Origin: Ilumatobacteraceae bacterium
Lineage (GTDB): Bacteria; Actinomycetota; Acidimicrobiia; Acidimicrobiales; Ilumatobacteraceae
NCBI GenBank assembly: GCA_023263695.1
Contig: JALQUZ010000003.1
Coordinates: 1,817 to 65,816 of the forward strand
Reading direction: 5' to 3'
DNA length: 64,000 bases
Shown piece by piece: positions 38,188 to 48,001 of the stretch. Every line of letters starts with the position of its first letter. The first letter of the stretch is position 1. The position numbers and the translations under genes were made by a program. The notes below the pieces were generated by a model. It was given only the letters and a program-made list of their open reading frames with translations, ran no database searches and was not told the DNA's origin.

Positions 38188-38625
38188 GTGCGTGCACTCG
38201 GGATTGATCTCGGGAGTAAGAGGATTGGCGTTGCAACGAGCGACCGAAGTGGAACAATTGCTACACCATTGACCGTGTTGCAACGATCAGGTTCGCGCGA
38301 AACCGACTATCGGGCCATTTCCGAATTAGTTGCCGAATATGAAATTGAATGTGTTGTCGTGGGACTTCCGTTGCATATGAATGGAACTCTCGGAGATGCG
38401 GCGAAGTCTGCCGTCGCCGAAGTGCAACAGTTGACTAGCGTGTTGAGCGTGCCAGTGCTTACGTTTGATGAGCGTCGCACCACGGTTACAGCAGACAGCA
38501 TGTTGATGGAACAAAACATGAACGCCCAGGAACGCCGCAAAGTAATTGACAAGGTTGCTGCAGCGGTCATGTTGCAATCATGGCTAGACGGTCGGAAAAT
38601 GACGGAAACCTCCTCTCGTGATTGA
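38188..38625 (+). CDS. ruvX: Holliday junction resolvase-like nuclease RuvX (YqgF)
   Basis: ALGIDLGSKRIGVATSD and VVGLPLHMNGT. GTG start 2 nt after the alaS stop. Confidence 0.9.
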   Translation: MRALGIDLGSKRIGVATSDRSGTIATPLTVLQRSGSRETDYRAISELVAEYEIECVVVGLPLHMNGTLGDAAKSAVAEVQQLTSVLSVPVLTFDERRTTVTADSMLMEQNMNAQERRKVIDKVAAAVMLQSWLDGRKMTETSSRD

Positions 38626-39817
38626 TCCACTGATCAAGATCCGCAAAACCGAGGATCAACCCGCCGAAAACTGGTACGACGATCCCTGGGACAGTCCCGA
38701 TGCATTGCGTCGCTCTGAGCAACTAGAAGTTGACACCCTGCCAAATGAATTTCGAGGATTGTCGCGACCTTTCCAAATTGTTGCTGCAGCGGTTGCAGTG
38801 GTCACGCTATTCATGGGCGCAATTGGCATGTGGTACGTACATCAGGTCAACCCATCGGGCAAAGGTGACCCGCAATCATTCACCGTTGTAGAAGGGGACA
38901 CCATCTCGTCGGTTAGCAAGCGACTTGCAGACAGTGGATTCGTTTCCAGTGCGAGCGTGTTCTCGTGGTACGTCTCGCGTAAAGGCGGAATCGAATTGAT
39001 TCCGGGTTATTACACCATTGCTCCAAAAGACCACATGGGCAACATCATGGCAGTGCTCAAAACTCCGCCATCAGCTACGTACCAAAAGGTGACGTTCCCA
39101 GAGGGTTACACCATTGCACAAATGGGAGCGCGATTAGCCGAGAAGACACTGCGTTTAAACGCCGAGCAATTCGTGGCCATGGCCAACGATCTCTCGATTG
39201 AAACTCCCTATCGACCTGATGGTCAAACGTCGCTCGAAGGTTTGCTCTTTCCCGACACCTATCAAATTTCTGGTGACCAAAATGAGCAGCAGGTTGTTCA
39301 GCAGCTCGCCAAGCAAATGGTCAGAGTGGCTTCGCAAGAAGGTATTAATGATGCGCAAGCAAAGGTTGGACTGTCTGCGTACAAGGTATTGATTGTTGCG
39401 TCAATGATTGAGCGCGAAGCAAAAGTAGATGCTGATCGCGCCAAGATCGCGCGAGTTATTTACAATCGCTTAGAAATAAAGATGCCGCTTCAAATTGATG
39501 CAACGTTGCTGTACAACGCTCCTGCAGAAGCCGATTTTGCAACGTTGAAGGCAACCGATACGCCATACAACACTTACATCAACAAGGGTTTGCCGCCAAC
39601 GCCAATTGCCAACCCGGGGCGAGCATCTATCATTGCCGCCCTAAACCCTGCTCCAAATCCTGCGGGAACCGATCCATTATGCGCAAATGTTCCAAAACCA
39701 TGCCGATATTTGTATTACGTGTTGTCAGATAAAGAGGGTGGGCATGCTTTTGCTGTAACCCTTGCGCAACATGAAGCAAATGTTGCTGCTGCGCGTCAAG
39801 CCGGTTTGCTGCCGTGA
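38618..39817 (+). CDS. mltG: endolytic murein transglycosylase MltG (YceG family)
   Basis: TM anchor, LLFPDTYQI, ASMIEREA, TPYNTY. Confidence 0.9.
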   Translation: MIDPLIKIRKTEDQPAENWYDDPWDSPDALRRSEQLEVDTLPNEFRGLSRPFQIVAAAVAVVTLFMGAIGMWYVHQVNPSGKGDPQSFTVVEGDTISSVSKRLADSGFVSSASVFSWYVSRKGGIELIPGYYTIAPKDHMGNIMAVLKTPPSATYQKVTFPEGYTIAQMGARLAEKTLRLNAEQFVAMANDLSIETPYRPDGQTSLEGLLFPDTYQISGDQNEQQVVQQLAKQMVRVASQEGINDAQAKVGLSAYKVLIVASMIEREAKVDADRAKIARVIYNRLEIKMPLQIDATLLYNAPAEADFATLKATDTPYNTYINKGLPPTPIANPGRASIIAALNPAPNPAGTDPLCANVPKPCRYLYYVLSDKEGGHAFAVTLAQHEANVAAARQAGLLP

Positions 39818-40635
39818 AACTAAAAACCATTGCAGCAGTGATTGGCTCGCCAGTATCGCAAAGTCTTTCACCGGCAATTCACAATGCTGCATTCGCGGAG
39901 ATGTCAAAGCCGTGGCGCTATGTCGCAATTGATGTTGATGCGGAGTACTTCGAAGAAGAGGTGTTGGCTGCCAAAGAAGCAGGAATGCTCGGCCTCAGCA
40001 TCACCATGCCGCACAAAGACGCCGCATTTGCTCTTGTTCAACATCGAGACGAGATCGCACAGCGTTCGGGTTCTGTGAACACCATGGTCTTCGATGACTC
40101 AGGCGCAATTCGTGGTGCTAACACTGACGGCGATGGTTGCTGTGACGCGCTCGTTCGTGGTGGAGCAACCATCGAGGGAAGTCGAGCAGTGGTTCTTGGC
40201 GCAGGAGGAACAGCTCGAGCAGTAATTGCAGCACTCGGTCTTCGCGGTGCTAGCGACATTGCCATTGTTAATCGCACGCAATCAAAAGCACGTGAAGCAT
40301 GTGAGTGTGCAGATGTTGCGCGAGTTGGATCAGAGAGTGACATTGCCGATGCAACGCTGCTCATTAACACCACATCAGTGGGAATGGGTACATCTGAATC
40401 TCCCGTAAGTCCGTCATTCCTTCACAGTGCACTGATCGCACTCGATGCGGTGTATCACCCATTGGAAACGTCGTTCATTGCTCAAGCTCGATTGGCAGGT
40501 GCGCAGACTGTTGATGGTTTGTGGATGCTGATTTGTCAAGCAGTTCGTCAAGAAGAACTGTGGTGTGGCGTCACTCCAGACCCACAGGTCATGCGTGATG
40601 CAGCACTGCGCGAACTTACACTGCGCAACGCGTAA
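39814..40635 (+). CDS. aroE: shikimate dehydrogenase
   Basis: GSPVSQSLSPAIHNAAF, SITMPHK, GAGGTARA. GTGA overlap with mltG. Confidence 0.9.
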   Translation: MKLKTIAAVIGSPVSQSLSPAIHNAAFAEMSKPWRYVAIDVDAEYFEEEVLAAKEAGMLGLSITMPHKDAAFALVQHRDEIAQRSGSVNTMVFDDSGAIRGANTDGDGCCDALVRGGATIEGSRAVVLGAGGTARAVIAALGLRGASDIAIVNRTQSKAREACECADVARVGSESDIADATLLINTTSVGMGTSESPVSPSFLHSALIALDAVYHPLETSFIAQARLAGAQTVDGLWMLICQAVRQEELWCGVTPDPQVMRDAALRELTLRNA

Positions 40636-40677
40636 TTGTCCCGATTCCTGAGGGGGCATACGGGTAGCCTGTAGGGC

Positions 40678-41841
40678 ATGTTGCGTTATCTCACTGCAGG
40701 AGAAAGCCACGGCCAAGCGTTGGTCGTCATTGTCGAGGGCCTGCCTGCGGGAATGAAGGTGACCGCCGAAGATATTCAAGCGGAACTTGGTCGCCGTCGG
40801 TTGGGTTATGGACGTGGCCCGCGCCAGCGTTTCGAGCAAGACGAAATTGTACTCATAGGCGGAATTCGCCACGGTCGCACATTGGGCTCACCAGTTGCCA
40901 TTGAAATCAAGAACTCAGAGTGGTTCCGCAGCGACGTGTGGCATGAGGAAATGTCGCCAGCTCCTGGTGTAACGAAGAAACCGCTCACTCAGCCGCGTCC
41001 CGGACATGCCGATTTAACGGGAATGCAGAAGTACGGGTTCACCGATGCTCGCGACGTGTTGGAGCGGGCGAGTGCACGCGAAACCGCTGCACGTGTAGTT
41101 GCTGGTGCACTAGCAAAGTTGTTGTTGAAAGAAATTGGCGTCGATATTTTGTCGCACGTAACTCAGATGGGCTCGGCGAAGTCGGAGTCGAATGTTCGTC
41201 CAACAATTCACGATTTGTCAGTAGTTGACGAGTCGCCAGTTCGTGCGTTTAACAAAGAAGCCGAGCAGGCCATGATTGCCGAAATCGAAGCTGCTGCAAA
41301 AGATGGCGACAGCCTTGGTGGAATCGTTGAAGTACTCGCGTATGGCTTGCCAGTTGGCCTCGGAAGTTACGTGCACTGGGATCGCAAAATTGATGGACTG
41401 CTCGCGCAAGCAATCATGAGCATTCAAGCCGTTAAAGGTGTTGAAATTGGCGATGGCTTTGAAGTGGCTGGTCGTCGCGGAAGTTTGGCGCACGATGCAA
41501 TTTCATGGGACGAAGAAGCCAAGTCATATCGTCGGGAGACCACTCTTGCTGGCGGAACCGAAGGCGGCATGACAACTGGTGAGCTCATGGTGGTTCGCGC
41601 TGCAATGAAGCCGCTGGCAACGTTAAACCGCCCGACGCTGAAAACGATTGACACCGTGACCAAAGAAGAAACGGTCAGTTTCAAAGAACGCACAGACGTC
41701 ACTGCAGTTCCTGCAATGGGAGTTGTTGCAGAAACCATGGTTGCACTGGTGTTGGCCGATGAGGCGCAGCGTAAATTTGGTGGAGACTCAGTTGAAGAGT
41801 TCGTTCGTAATGCGGCATCGTATGCTGCATCAATCCAGTGA
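40678..41841 (+). CDS. aroC: chorismate synthase
   Basis: LTAGESHG, RPGHADL, SARETAARV. Confidence 0.97.
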   Translation: MLRYLTAGESHGQALVVIVEGLPAGMKVTAEDIQAELGRRRLGYGRGPRQRFEQDEIVLIGGIRHGRTLGSPVAIEIKNSEWFRSDVWHEEMSPAPGVTKKPLTQPRPGHADLTGMQKYGFTDARDVLERASARETAARVVAGALAKLLLKEIGVDILSHVTQMGSAKSESNVRPTIHDLSVVDESPVRAFNKEAEQAMIAEIEAAAKDGDSLGGIVEVLAYGLPVGLGSYVHWDRKIDGLLAQAIMSIQAVKGVEIGDGFEVAGRRGSLAHDAISWDEEAKSYRRETTLAGGTEGGMTTGELMVVRAAMKPLATLNRPTLKTIDTVTKEETVSFKERTDVTAVPAMGVVAETMVALVLADEAQRKFGGDSVEEFVRNAASYAASIQ

Positions 41842-42374
41842 ATGCACGCCACGCAATCGTTTTGGTTGGCTTAATGGGCTCGGGTAAAACCACCGTCGGA
41901 AAACGAATTGCGCAAGAACTGGGGTATTCATTCGTCGATTCAGATGACGTAGTCGCTAATGCTGTTGGTAAGTCGGTGCGAGAGATTTTTGCTCAAGATG
42001 GAGAGCCGGCATTTCGCAGGCACGAAAGTGATGTTATTCGTTCGGTGCTTACTAATCGGGCGGCATCTGTTGTATTGGCAACGGGTGGAGGAGCGGTAAT
42101 GTCAAGCGAAAACCGTTCACTCATTTCCGAAGAGGCATCGCACGTGGTGTGGCTAGATGCATCAGTTGAGGATTTAGTGGTGCGCACAAAATCCGGTGCA
42201 GCGCGACCATTGCTCGATGGAGATGCAGCCGCAACATTGCAGTCGCTCAATAGCCAACGATCTGCGTGGTACGACGAGGTCGCAACCGTTCGTATTGACA
42301 CGCGTGGAAAACCCGTGGCCAAAGTATGTTCAGCAGTGTTGGAAGCAATTCGGGCGGGTGCCGACCATGAGTAG
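41838..42374 (+). CDS. aroK: shikimate kinase
   Basis: Walker A GLMGSGKTTVG. GTGA overlap with aroC. Confidence 0.92.
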   Translation: MNARHAIVLVGLMGSGKTTVGKRIAQELGYSFVDSDDVVANAVGKSVREIFAQDGEPAFRRHESDVIRSVLTNRAASVVLATGGGAVMSSENRSLISEEASHVVWLDASVEDLVVRTKSGAARPLLDGDAAATLQSLNSQRSAWYDEVATVRIDTRGKPVAKVCSAVLEAIRAGADHE

Positions 42375-43401
42375 CCAGCAGGTTGTTCGCGTTGAATTGG
42401 GAGAGCGGTCTTACAACGTGGTGGTTGGGCCTGGTGTGCGTTCGCAAATTGCGAGCTTGGTGCCTGCCACAGCGAAGCGAGCGATCATCGTTACGCAGGC
42501 AAACATCCCGTTTTCTGTAGAGGAAAGTTTGGTTGCAGCAGGAATATCTGCGCGCACCATCAACATTGGTCCTGGTGAAGAATTCAAGTCGCTTGCAACC
42601 ATCGAAACGATCATGCGCGAGTGCGCACGATTTGGCCTTACACGTAACGACGTGATCATCGGAGTTGGCGGAGGAATGGTCACTGACATCGCCGGCTTCG
42701 CCGCTTCTGCATGGCACCGCGGTATTGCGGTGGTTCATGTTTCGACCACGCTCGTTGGCATGGTCGATGCAGCTATCGGTGGGAAAACTGGTGTCAATCT
42801 TGCCGAAGGAAAAAATTTGGTTGGCGCGTTTTGGCAACCGCGAGGAGTGCTGTGCGACACTGACGCGCTAGCCAGCCTGAGCCCGCGCGAAACGCGATGT
42901 GGCAACGGTGAGATGGCCAAGTATCACTTCCTCACCGGCGATGACTTGCTGAGCCTCGATCTCACTGCACGAATTGCACGTTGTGTGCAAATTAAAGCCG
43001 ACATCGTTGGTTCAGATGAACGCGAAGGCGGGCGTCGAATGCTCTTGAATTACGGCCACACGCTTGCCCATGCAATAGAAATTGCAACTGATTTCTCGGT
43101 TGCACATGGTGAAGCTGTAGCAATTGGGTTGGTGTACGCAGCGCTACTTGCTCGTGAGCTTGGCCGAATCGACGACCAACGTGTTGTACAGCACCGTCAA
43201 GTAGTGGAGGGTGAATATGGGTTGTCTTGTGCGCTTCCCAAGGGTCTGTCTCACGATGAACTCATTGCACTGATGCATAGCGACAAGAAGGCGCTCAGTG
43301 GTTTGACGTTTGTGCTTGATGGCAACAACGGCGTTGAACCCGTGTCTCCCGTGAGCGTGGAAGCCGTGCGCTCAGCCCTCAATCGTATGGAAGTACGCTA
43401 G
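42367..43401 (+). CDS. aroB: 3-dehydroquinate synthase
   Basis: GGGMVTDIAGFAA and NYGHTLAHAIE. ATG 42367 overlaps aroK by 8 nt; the ORF-track start 42196 is an in-frame artefact inside aroK. Confidence 0.95.
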   Translation: MSSQQVVRVELGERSYNVVVGPGVRSQIASLVPATAKRAIIVTQANIPFSVEESLVAAGISARTINIGPGEEFKSLATIETIMRECARFGLTRNDVIIGVGGGMVTDIAGFAASAWHRGIAVVHVSTTLVGMVDAAIGGKTGVNLAEGKNLVGAFWQPRGVLCDTDALASLSPRETRCGNGEMAKYHFLTGDDLLSLDLTARIARCVQIKADIVGSDEREGGRRMLLNYGHTLAHAIEIATDFSVAHGEAVAIGLVYAALLARELGRIDDQRVVQHRQVVEGEYGLSCALPKGLSHDELIALMHSDKKALSGLTFVLDGNNGVEPVSPVSVEAVRSALNRMEVR

Positions 43402-43405
43402 AACC

Positions 43406-43858
43406 ATGGCTAAATCCGCGAATCGCGTGTTGCTCGTGAATGGTCCGAACCTTAATTTGTTGGGCGAGCGAGAGCCAGAAGTGTATGGAACTGCAACCTT
43501 GGCAGACCATGTTTCTTCAGCAACTCAAGCAGCAACGGAATTAGGTCTTGTTATCGACAGTATGCAAAGCAACAGTTCGTCGGAACTTGTCAATGCAATT
43601 CATGCTGCGCGAACCACACATGATGCAATCGTCATTAATCCCGGAGCCTTCACCCACTATGCGTGGAGCATTCACGATGCACTCGCTGCATTTAATGGCC
43701 CGGTTGTTGAAGTACACATTTCCAATCCGAGTACCCGCGAATTGTGGCGCCACGAAAGTGTGATTGCCCCAGTTGCTTCTGGCACGATTGCTGGTTTTGG
43801 AGGTTATGGATATGTTTTGGCCATCCAGGCTGTCGCACGCTTGCTTGCACATAAATAA
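43406..43858 (+). CDS. aroQ: type II 3-dehydroquinate dehydratase
   Basis: VLLVNGPNLNLLGEREPEVYG and VEVHISN. Confidence 0.95.
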   Translation: MAKSANRVLLVNGPNLNLLGEREPEVYGTATLADHVSSATQAATELGLVIDSMQSNSSSELVNAIHAARTTHDAIVINPGAFTHYAWSIHDALAAFNGPVVEVHISNPSTRELWRHESVIAPVASGTIAGFGGYGYVLAIQAVARLLAHK

Positions 43859-43873
43859 GTAGCAGGCGCAAAC

Positions 43874-45013
43874 ATGTCGCGTCCACACTTTCAACCGCTG
43901 CGATCTGATGGGCGATTGAATGCGGTTGCTCAGTTCGTTGGCGAAAAATTTTCGGCTACTGCGATGGTGGTGTCATCGAACGAAAATATTCGTTACCTCA
44001 CAGGATTCACCGGATCTGCTGGAGTAGTGCTTTGTCGCCACGATGATTCAGTGCTGATTACCGACGGTAGATATGTCGAGCAAGCTCACAGTCAAGTGCG
44101 CGAAGCAGGTGCCGAGGTGCGCATTGTGGAAGCGCGAACTGCAGCCGCAACATTGGAAGCAGTTGCAGTAGAGCTCGCTCGTGATGCACGTTGCGTTTGC
44201 GAGGCTGCAGATCTCTCTGTTGAATCTCATGCACGCTATGTATCTGCGATTGGCAAAGAGCTGTTTCCAGTGAGTGGAGTGGTCGAAGAACTGCGTCGCA
44301 CCAAGAGCAATGCAGAGGTTGAGCGAATTGCATTTGCTGCACAAACGGCCGACAAGGCTCTGAATGATGTGCGCACCGTATTACTGCGTTCAATGAGTGA
44401 GCCCATTTCCGAACGAGATGTGCGCGACGAATTGGAATATCGCATGCGTCGCCACGGAGCAGATGGCCCAAGTTACGAGACGATTGTGGCTGCTGGCAGT
44501 AACGCCGCAAGACCACACCATCGGCCAACCGATCAAGTGCTTCGCGAAGGAGATTCAGTGGTGATCGATGTCGGTGGCTTGGTGGACGGCTATCACTCGG
44601 ACATGACTCGCACGTATTTACTCGGCAATGTAGATCCTGTTTTGCAGACCATGTTTGACGTGGTTTCTGAATCACAATCGCGAGGAGTCGCAGCGGTGAA
44701 AGCGGGAGTCTTGCCGAGTGAAATTGATCGCATTTGTCGAGAGTGGATCACCGAAGCTGGGTTTGGTCCCGAGTTTGTTCACGGAACAGGTCATGGCGTT
44801 GGTCTGCAAATTCATGAGTCACCTTGGCTTCGTGCACAGTCAGATGAGCCGTTACGCGAAGGAGAGGTGGTGACTGTGGAGCCAGGCGTCTATCGTGTAG
44901 GTCTCGGTGGCGTGCGAATAGAGGACTTGCTCCTCGTACGCGCGGCCGGAAGTACCACTCTTACTCACACTCCGAAGGACATCCTGTGCCTGCAATCTCG
45001 ACAAACGATCTAA
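43874..45013 (+). CDS. pepP: M24-family Xaa-Pro aminopeptidase
   Basis: [22 protein letters not shown] and creatinase-like N-domain. Confidence 0.88.
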   Translation: MSRPHFQPLRSDGRLNAVAQFVGEKFSATAMVVSSNENIRYLTGFTGSAGVVLCRHDDSVLITDGRYVEQAHSQVREAGAEVRIVEARTAAATLEAVAVELARDARCVCEAADLSVESHARYVSAIGKELFPVSGVVEELRRTKSNAEVERIAFAAQTADKALNDVRTVLLRSMSEPISERDVRDELEYRMRRHGADGPSYETIVAAGSNAARPHHRPTDQVLREGDSVVIDVGGLVDGYHSDMTRTYLLGNVDPVLQTMFDVVSESQSRGVAAVKAGVLPSEIDRICREWITEAGFGPEFVHGTGHGVGLQIHESPWLRAQSDEPLREGEVVTVEPGVYRVGLGGVRIEDLLLVRAAGSTTLTHTPKDILCLQSRQTI

Positions 45014-45549
45014 AGAACGGAATTACCCTCAACCTAGATGGCACCCTGTACACGGTGGTGGAATTCCAGCACGTGAAACCAGGTAAGGGTGGAGCTTTTG
45101 TTCGCTCCAAGTTGCGTAACCTGCGTAGCAACAACATGCTTGAAAAAACCTTCAATGCAGGTGTGAAGGTAGAGCAAGCAATTCTTGAAAAGAGCGACAT
45201 GCAGTTCTTGTATAAGGACGGCGAAGAGTATGTGTTCATGGATCAGTCGTCGTATGACCAGGTGAATATCAAGCCAGCAGCGCTCGGTGAAGCCGCCGAC
45301 TACCTCATCGAGAACGCAGTAGCGATCATCGCTACGTACGAAGGTGAAATTGTGAGTGTTGAAATTCCTGCTTCGGTAGAATTGGAAATTGCGCTCACCG
45401 AACCTGGTATTCAGGGTGACCGCGTGTCTGGTGCTCGTAAACCGGCAACATTGCAAACAGGAAAAGTTATTCAGGTTCCTTTGTTCGTCAACATTGGTGA
45501 CCGCGTCAAAGTCGACACACGTAGCGGCGACTACATCACACGCGTTTGA
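44986..45549 (+). CDS. efp: elongation factor P
   Basis: ISTNDLKNG...[21 protein letters not shown] start overlapping the pepP 3' end by 28 nt. Confidence 0.97.
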   Translation: MPAISTNDLKNGITLNLDGTLYTVVEFQHVKPGKGGAFVRSKLRNLRSNNMLEKTFNAGVKVEQAILEKSDMQFLYKDGEEYVFMDQSSYDQVNIKPAALGEAADYLIENAVAIIATYEGEIVSVEIPASVELEIALTEPGIQGDRVSGARKPATLQTGKVIQVPLFVNIGDRVKVDTRSGDYITRV

Positions 45550-45551
45550 CC

Positions 45552-45974
45552 ATGTCAACCGGCCGATCTTCCCGTTCGGCGGGTAACGACGCTCGTTCGG
45601 ATGCTCGCGAGCGTGCGTTGCATTTGTTGTACGAAGCTCACGCCAAAAGTGCAACTGGTGCTTCTGTTGTTGAATCACAGGTTCTTCCAGTTGACGACTT
45701 AGTACTTGAAATTGTTTCAGGAGTCGACAGTGTGACTGCAATTGCAGATGAGATCATTGCTGAAAATGCAATTGGTTGGACATTGGCTCGAATGCCCGTG
45801 ATCGATTTAATTGTGTTGCGAATTGCAATCTTTGAATTGAAGTCACGTCCAGACGTTCCAACAGCGGTCATCTTGAATGAAGCTGTCGAGTTGGCAAAGA
45901 CTTTCTCGACCGACGAGTCGGGTCGGTTCGTGAACGGCATTTTGTCAACCATTGCCAAAAAGGTCCGCCAATAA
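45552..45974 (+). CDS. nusB: transcription antitermination factor NusB
   Basis: ARERALHLLYE and NEAVELAKTFSTDESGRFVNGIL. ATG at 45552; 45546 is a TTG overlapping the efp stop. Confidence 0.9.
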   Translation: MSTGRSSRSAGNDARSDARERALHLLYEAHAKSATGASVVESQVLPVDDLVLEIVSGVDSVTAIADEIIAENAIGWTLARMPVIDLIVLRIAIFELKSRPDVPTAVILNEAVELAKTFSTDESGRFVNGILSTIAKKVRQ

Positions 45975-46003
45975 AAAGAAGTGTTTCTGCATCCACCGTC
46001 AGC

Positions 46004-47383
46004 GTGTGGTGCATGGTGGTGCTGTACGCGGTGTATTTTTCTCAGCGCACCGTAGGTGTTCACAACGGTCTTGGAACTTCTGCATTCGATTTCGGGTTGT
46101 ATGACCAGGGCATTTGGTTACTGTCGAGAGGTCATGCTCCATTTGTCACCCTGATGGGGCGAAATCTTTTCGGTGATCATTCGTCGTTCATACTTGTGCT
46201 GCTTGTTCCGCTGTATTGGATCTTCTCCACAACGTCGTTGTTGTTCATCGTTCAATCGGTAGTGGTGGCAGTTGGTGCGTTGCCGGTGTATTGGTTTTCG
46301 CGACAGCGGCTGAGAAGCGAACCCCTTGCTGCGGTGATGGCCGCCGTTTACCTGATGCATCCGTCCATTGGCTGGACAAATCTTGAGAATTTTCATCCGG
46401 ATGCAGCGCTTGGCACGTTTGTAGCGCTGGCAATTTGGGCGGCGTACGCAGGGAAGTGGCGTTGGTATTGGGTGGCTGTTGTGCTCGCACTGTCGGTAAA
46501 GGAAGACGTTGCCTTTGTGCTGATTCCACTTGGGCTGTGGGTTGCTGCCAAAGCCGATCGAAGGCGTGGGCTAATCACCAGCGTGGCGTCATTTGCCACG
46601 ATGGCTGCGATGTTCCTTGTGGTGATGCGCAGCTTTACGGGAGTGGTGTTTAGAAATTCCTGGCGCATTCCATTTGGTGGAGTTGGCGGTTTGTTGAAAA
46701 CAGCATGTACACAACCGAAAAAACTGCTTTCGTATTTGTGGAGTGAAGATCGCCCAGCATATGTGTGGCAAATGCTTGCGCCGATGGGTTTCGTTTTTTT
46801 GTACGAGCCAAGCCTTGCTGCAGTTGGCGTTGTGATGTTGGCGTCCAATGTGGTCAGCACGTTTTGGTATCAGCACCAAATTCATTACCACTATTCGATC
46901 ATCATTGTGCCGTGCATCGTGATGGGAACGGCTTGGGCGCTTGGCAAGTTCTCTCGTCCTGCTCGCAGGTGGGCGAGTGCGTTCATTGTTGTGTCTTCGC
47001 TGGTATGTGGGTATCTCTGGTCACCGTTTCCTCTTGCACGAACCACCACCACTTCGTGGACTTCGGACATGCCTCCAGTCGTTGCTGCTCGTGAATCCAT
47101 GAGTCATGTGCCAGATGATGCCGTTGTCGCCGCGTATCACTCGCTGACCGCTCACATGGCGCGCAGGGTGACGATCTATTCGTTCCCCAATCCGTTCATT
47201 CGGAATTTGTATGGGCCAGATGTATTTGCTGGTGGAGATCGACTGCCTGGTGCTGACGCGGTTGAGTACGTGATTCTGCCCGTGAATATGGACGCAGCTG
47301 CCCAAAAAGTGTGGAATGCCGAAAAAGCTCGTTTTCACGTTGTCGATGACAATGGTTGGTGGGTGGTGTACCAGCGCAACTGA
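46004..47383 (+). CDS. DUF2079-like polytopic membrane protein
   Basis: FDFGLYDQGIWLLSRGHAPFVTLMGRNLFGDHSSF followed by more than 9 hydrophobic segments and a C-terminal soluble domain. GTG start; the N-terminus looks short. Confidence 0.7.
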   Translation: MWCMVVLYAVYFSQRTVGVHNGLGTSAFDFGLYDQGIWLLSRGHAPFVTLMGRNLFGDHSSFILVLLVPLYWIFSTTSLLFIVQSVVVAVGALPVYWFSRQRLRSEPLAAVMAAVYLMHPSIGWTNLENFHPDAALGTFVALAIWAAYAGKWRWYWVAVVLALSVKEDVAFVLIPLGLWVAAKADRRRGLITSVASFATMAAMFLVVMRSFTGVVFRNSWRIPFGGVGGLLKTACTQPKKLLSYLWSEDRPAYVWQMLAPMGFVFLYEPSLAAVGVVMLASNVVSTFWYQHQIHYHYSIIIVPCIVMGTAWALGKFSRPARRWASAFIVVSSLVCGYLWSPFPLARTTTTSWTSDMPPVVAARESMSHVPDDAVVAAYHSLTAHMARRVTIYSFPNPFIRNLYGPDVFAGGDRLPGADAVEYVILPVNMDAAAQKVWNAEKARFHVVDDNGWWVVYQRN

Positions 47384-47425
47384 TTTTCGGTTACCGAAAT
47401 ACTGCTATCGTGAGATCGTCGTTAA

Positions 47426-47453
47426 TTGAACCCCGTGAGGTTCGAACGAGAGG
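47426..47453 (+). promoter_or_regulatory. hairpin plus GAGAGG element directly upstream of pyrR (candidate PyrR-responsive leader)
   Basis: UUGAACC-CCGUGA-GGUUCGA (7 bp including one GU, hexaloop) at 47426-47445. GAGAGG at 47448-47453 doubles as the SD for ATG 47459. Confidence 0.3.
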
Positions 47454-47458
47454 AATGA

Positions 47459-48001
47459 ATGAATCAAGTACCAATTGGCACGTCAGGTAAGGCCGTCATG
47501 TCTGGCCCCGACGTCAGTAGAGCGATTAGTCGTATTGCTCACGAAATTGTTGAACGTAATCACGGTGCACACAACGTAGTTCTTGTTGGATTGCAACGCG
47601 GTGGAACATGGATCGCGGACTTGCTTGCGGAGCGAATCGCTTACATTGAACCAAACCTTGTTGTTCCAAATGGATCTCTTGATGTGTCAATGCACCGTGA
47701 CGACATCGGTCTGCGTCCAATTGTCCCTGGAGCAATTAGTGAGATCCCTTTCGACATCAACGGAGCCGTTGTGGTGCTGGTTGACGATGTGCTGTACACC
47801 GGTCGCACGGTGCGCGCCGCTCTTGAAGGACTGAATAATTTTGGTCGACCTCGTGCTGTGCAACTTGCTGTCATGGTGGACAGAGGTCATCGAGAATTGC
47901 CGATTCGTCCCGATTTCGTGGGCAAGAACATTCCCACGCAAGTAAGCGACGAAGTGGATGTTTCCATTGATGGCGTAGTAGTGACGGCGGTGGAGTCGTG
48001 A
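47459..48001 (+). CDS. pyrR: bifunctional pyr operon regulator/uracil phosphoribosyltransferase PyrR
   Basis: PRPP motif VVLVDDVLYTGRTVRAAL. First gene of the pyr operon. Confidence 0.93.
   Translation: MNQVPIGTSGKAVMSGPDVSRAISRIAHEIVERNHGAHNVVLVGLQRGGTWIADLLAERIAYIEPNLVVPNGSLDVSMHRDDIGLRPIVPGAISEIPFDINGAVVVLVDDVLYTGRTVRAALEGLNNFGRPRAVQLAVMVDRGHRELPIRPDFVGKNIPTQVSDEVDVSIDGVVVTAVES

Noticed and set aside
47436-47447. GGTTCGAAC motif in the pyrR leader resembling a tRNA T-loop.
   Set aside because: No complementary T-stem (CCTCA) follows, there are no acceptor or anticodon arms, and the whole gap is only 75 nt. It is not a tRNA or tmRNA.
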